Origin: Squalus acanthias
Lineage: Eukaryota
Length of the DNA stretch: 64,000 bases
Assembly (NCBI GenBank): GCA_030390025.1
Contig: CM059433.1
Span: 9,240,001-9,304,000 of the forward strand
Reading direction: 5' to 3'
The translations under genes and the position numbers were made by a program. The number at the start of each line of letters is the position of its first letter. The stretch's first letter is position 1. Below are positions 63,857-64,000 of this stretch, one piece after another. The notes under the pieces are model-generated. The model was given only the letters and a program-made list of their open reading frames with translations. It was not told the origin of the DNA and searched no databases.

Positions 63857-64000
63857 ATCCCCAGCATCGAAGCTTTGACCACGCTCGATCAGCTCCAATG
63901 GACGGGTCACATCGTCTGCATGCCCAGTACGAGACTCCCAAAACAAGCGCTCTACTCGGAGCTCCGACACGGCAAGAGAGCCCCAGGTGGGCAGAGGAAA
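63857..64000 (+). mobile_element. RTE-clade LINE fragment running off the window edge
   Basis: Open frame IPSIEALTTLDQLQWTGHIVCMPSTRLPKQALYSELRHGKRAPGGQRK, typical of the RTE ORF C-terminus. Confidence 0.85.

Noticed and set aside
48657..64000. Expected upstream MBOAT2 exon (approx. exon 3)
   Set aside because: No matching peptide with splice sites found by eye; probably beyond the window. The last exon was likewise not found in 1-4474.

Overview
Eukaryotic vertebrate genomic DNA. The repeat repertoire (CR1, L2, DeuSINE/SacSINE1-like, Penelope) suggests a cartilaginous fish (inference). The whole window lies inside one minus-strand gene, MBOAT2 (membrane-bound O-acyltransferase 2, a lysophospholipid acyltransferase). 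Nine internal coding exons (96, 56, 55, 184, 193, 104, 65, 133 and 152 bp; 1038 bp) have canonical AG/GT ends and splice into one open frame containing the MBOAT FxDNWNI motif and the catalytic WHG His. Exon numbers 4-12 follow the vertebrate gene as I recall it; the 5' exons and the last exon were not found in the window. The introns are packed with decayed and often nested LINEs (CR1 including ORF1 esterase, L2, RTE), SINEs, a Penelope-like element and several MITE families with clear TIRs and TSDs. The most notable non-coding signal is five Penelope-type minimal hammerhead-ribozyme motifs from two sequence families. One is a 139-bp standalone insertion with a 14-bp TSD and one sits in a perfect 74-bp inverted repeat. 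Copies with intact cores are all antisense to MBOAT2, while both sense copies carry core changes. Nearly all ORF-track entries are transposon fragments or chance ORFs. No CRISPR, rRNA or genuine tRNA gene was found. Repeat boundaries are approximate unless a TSD is given.
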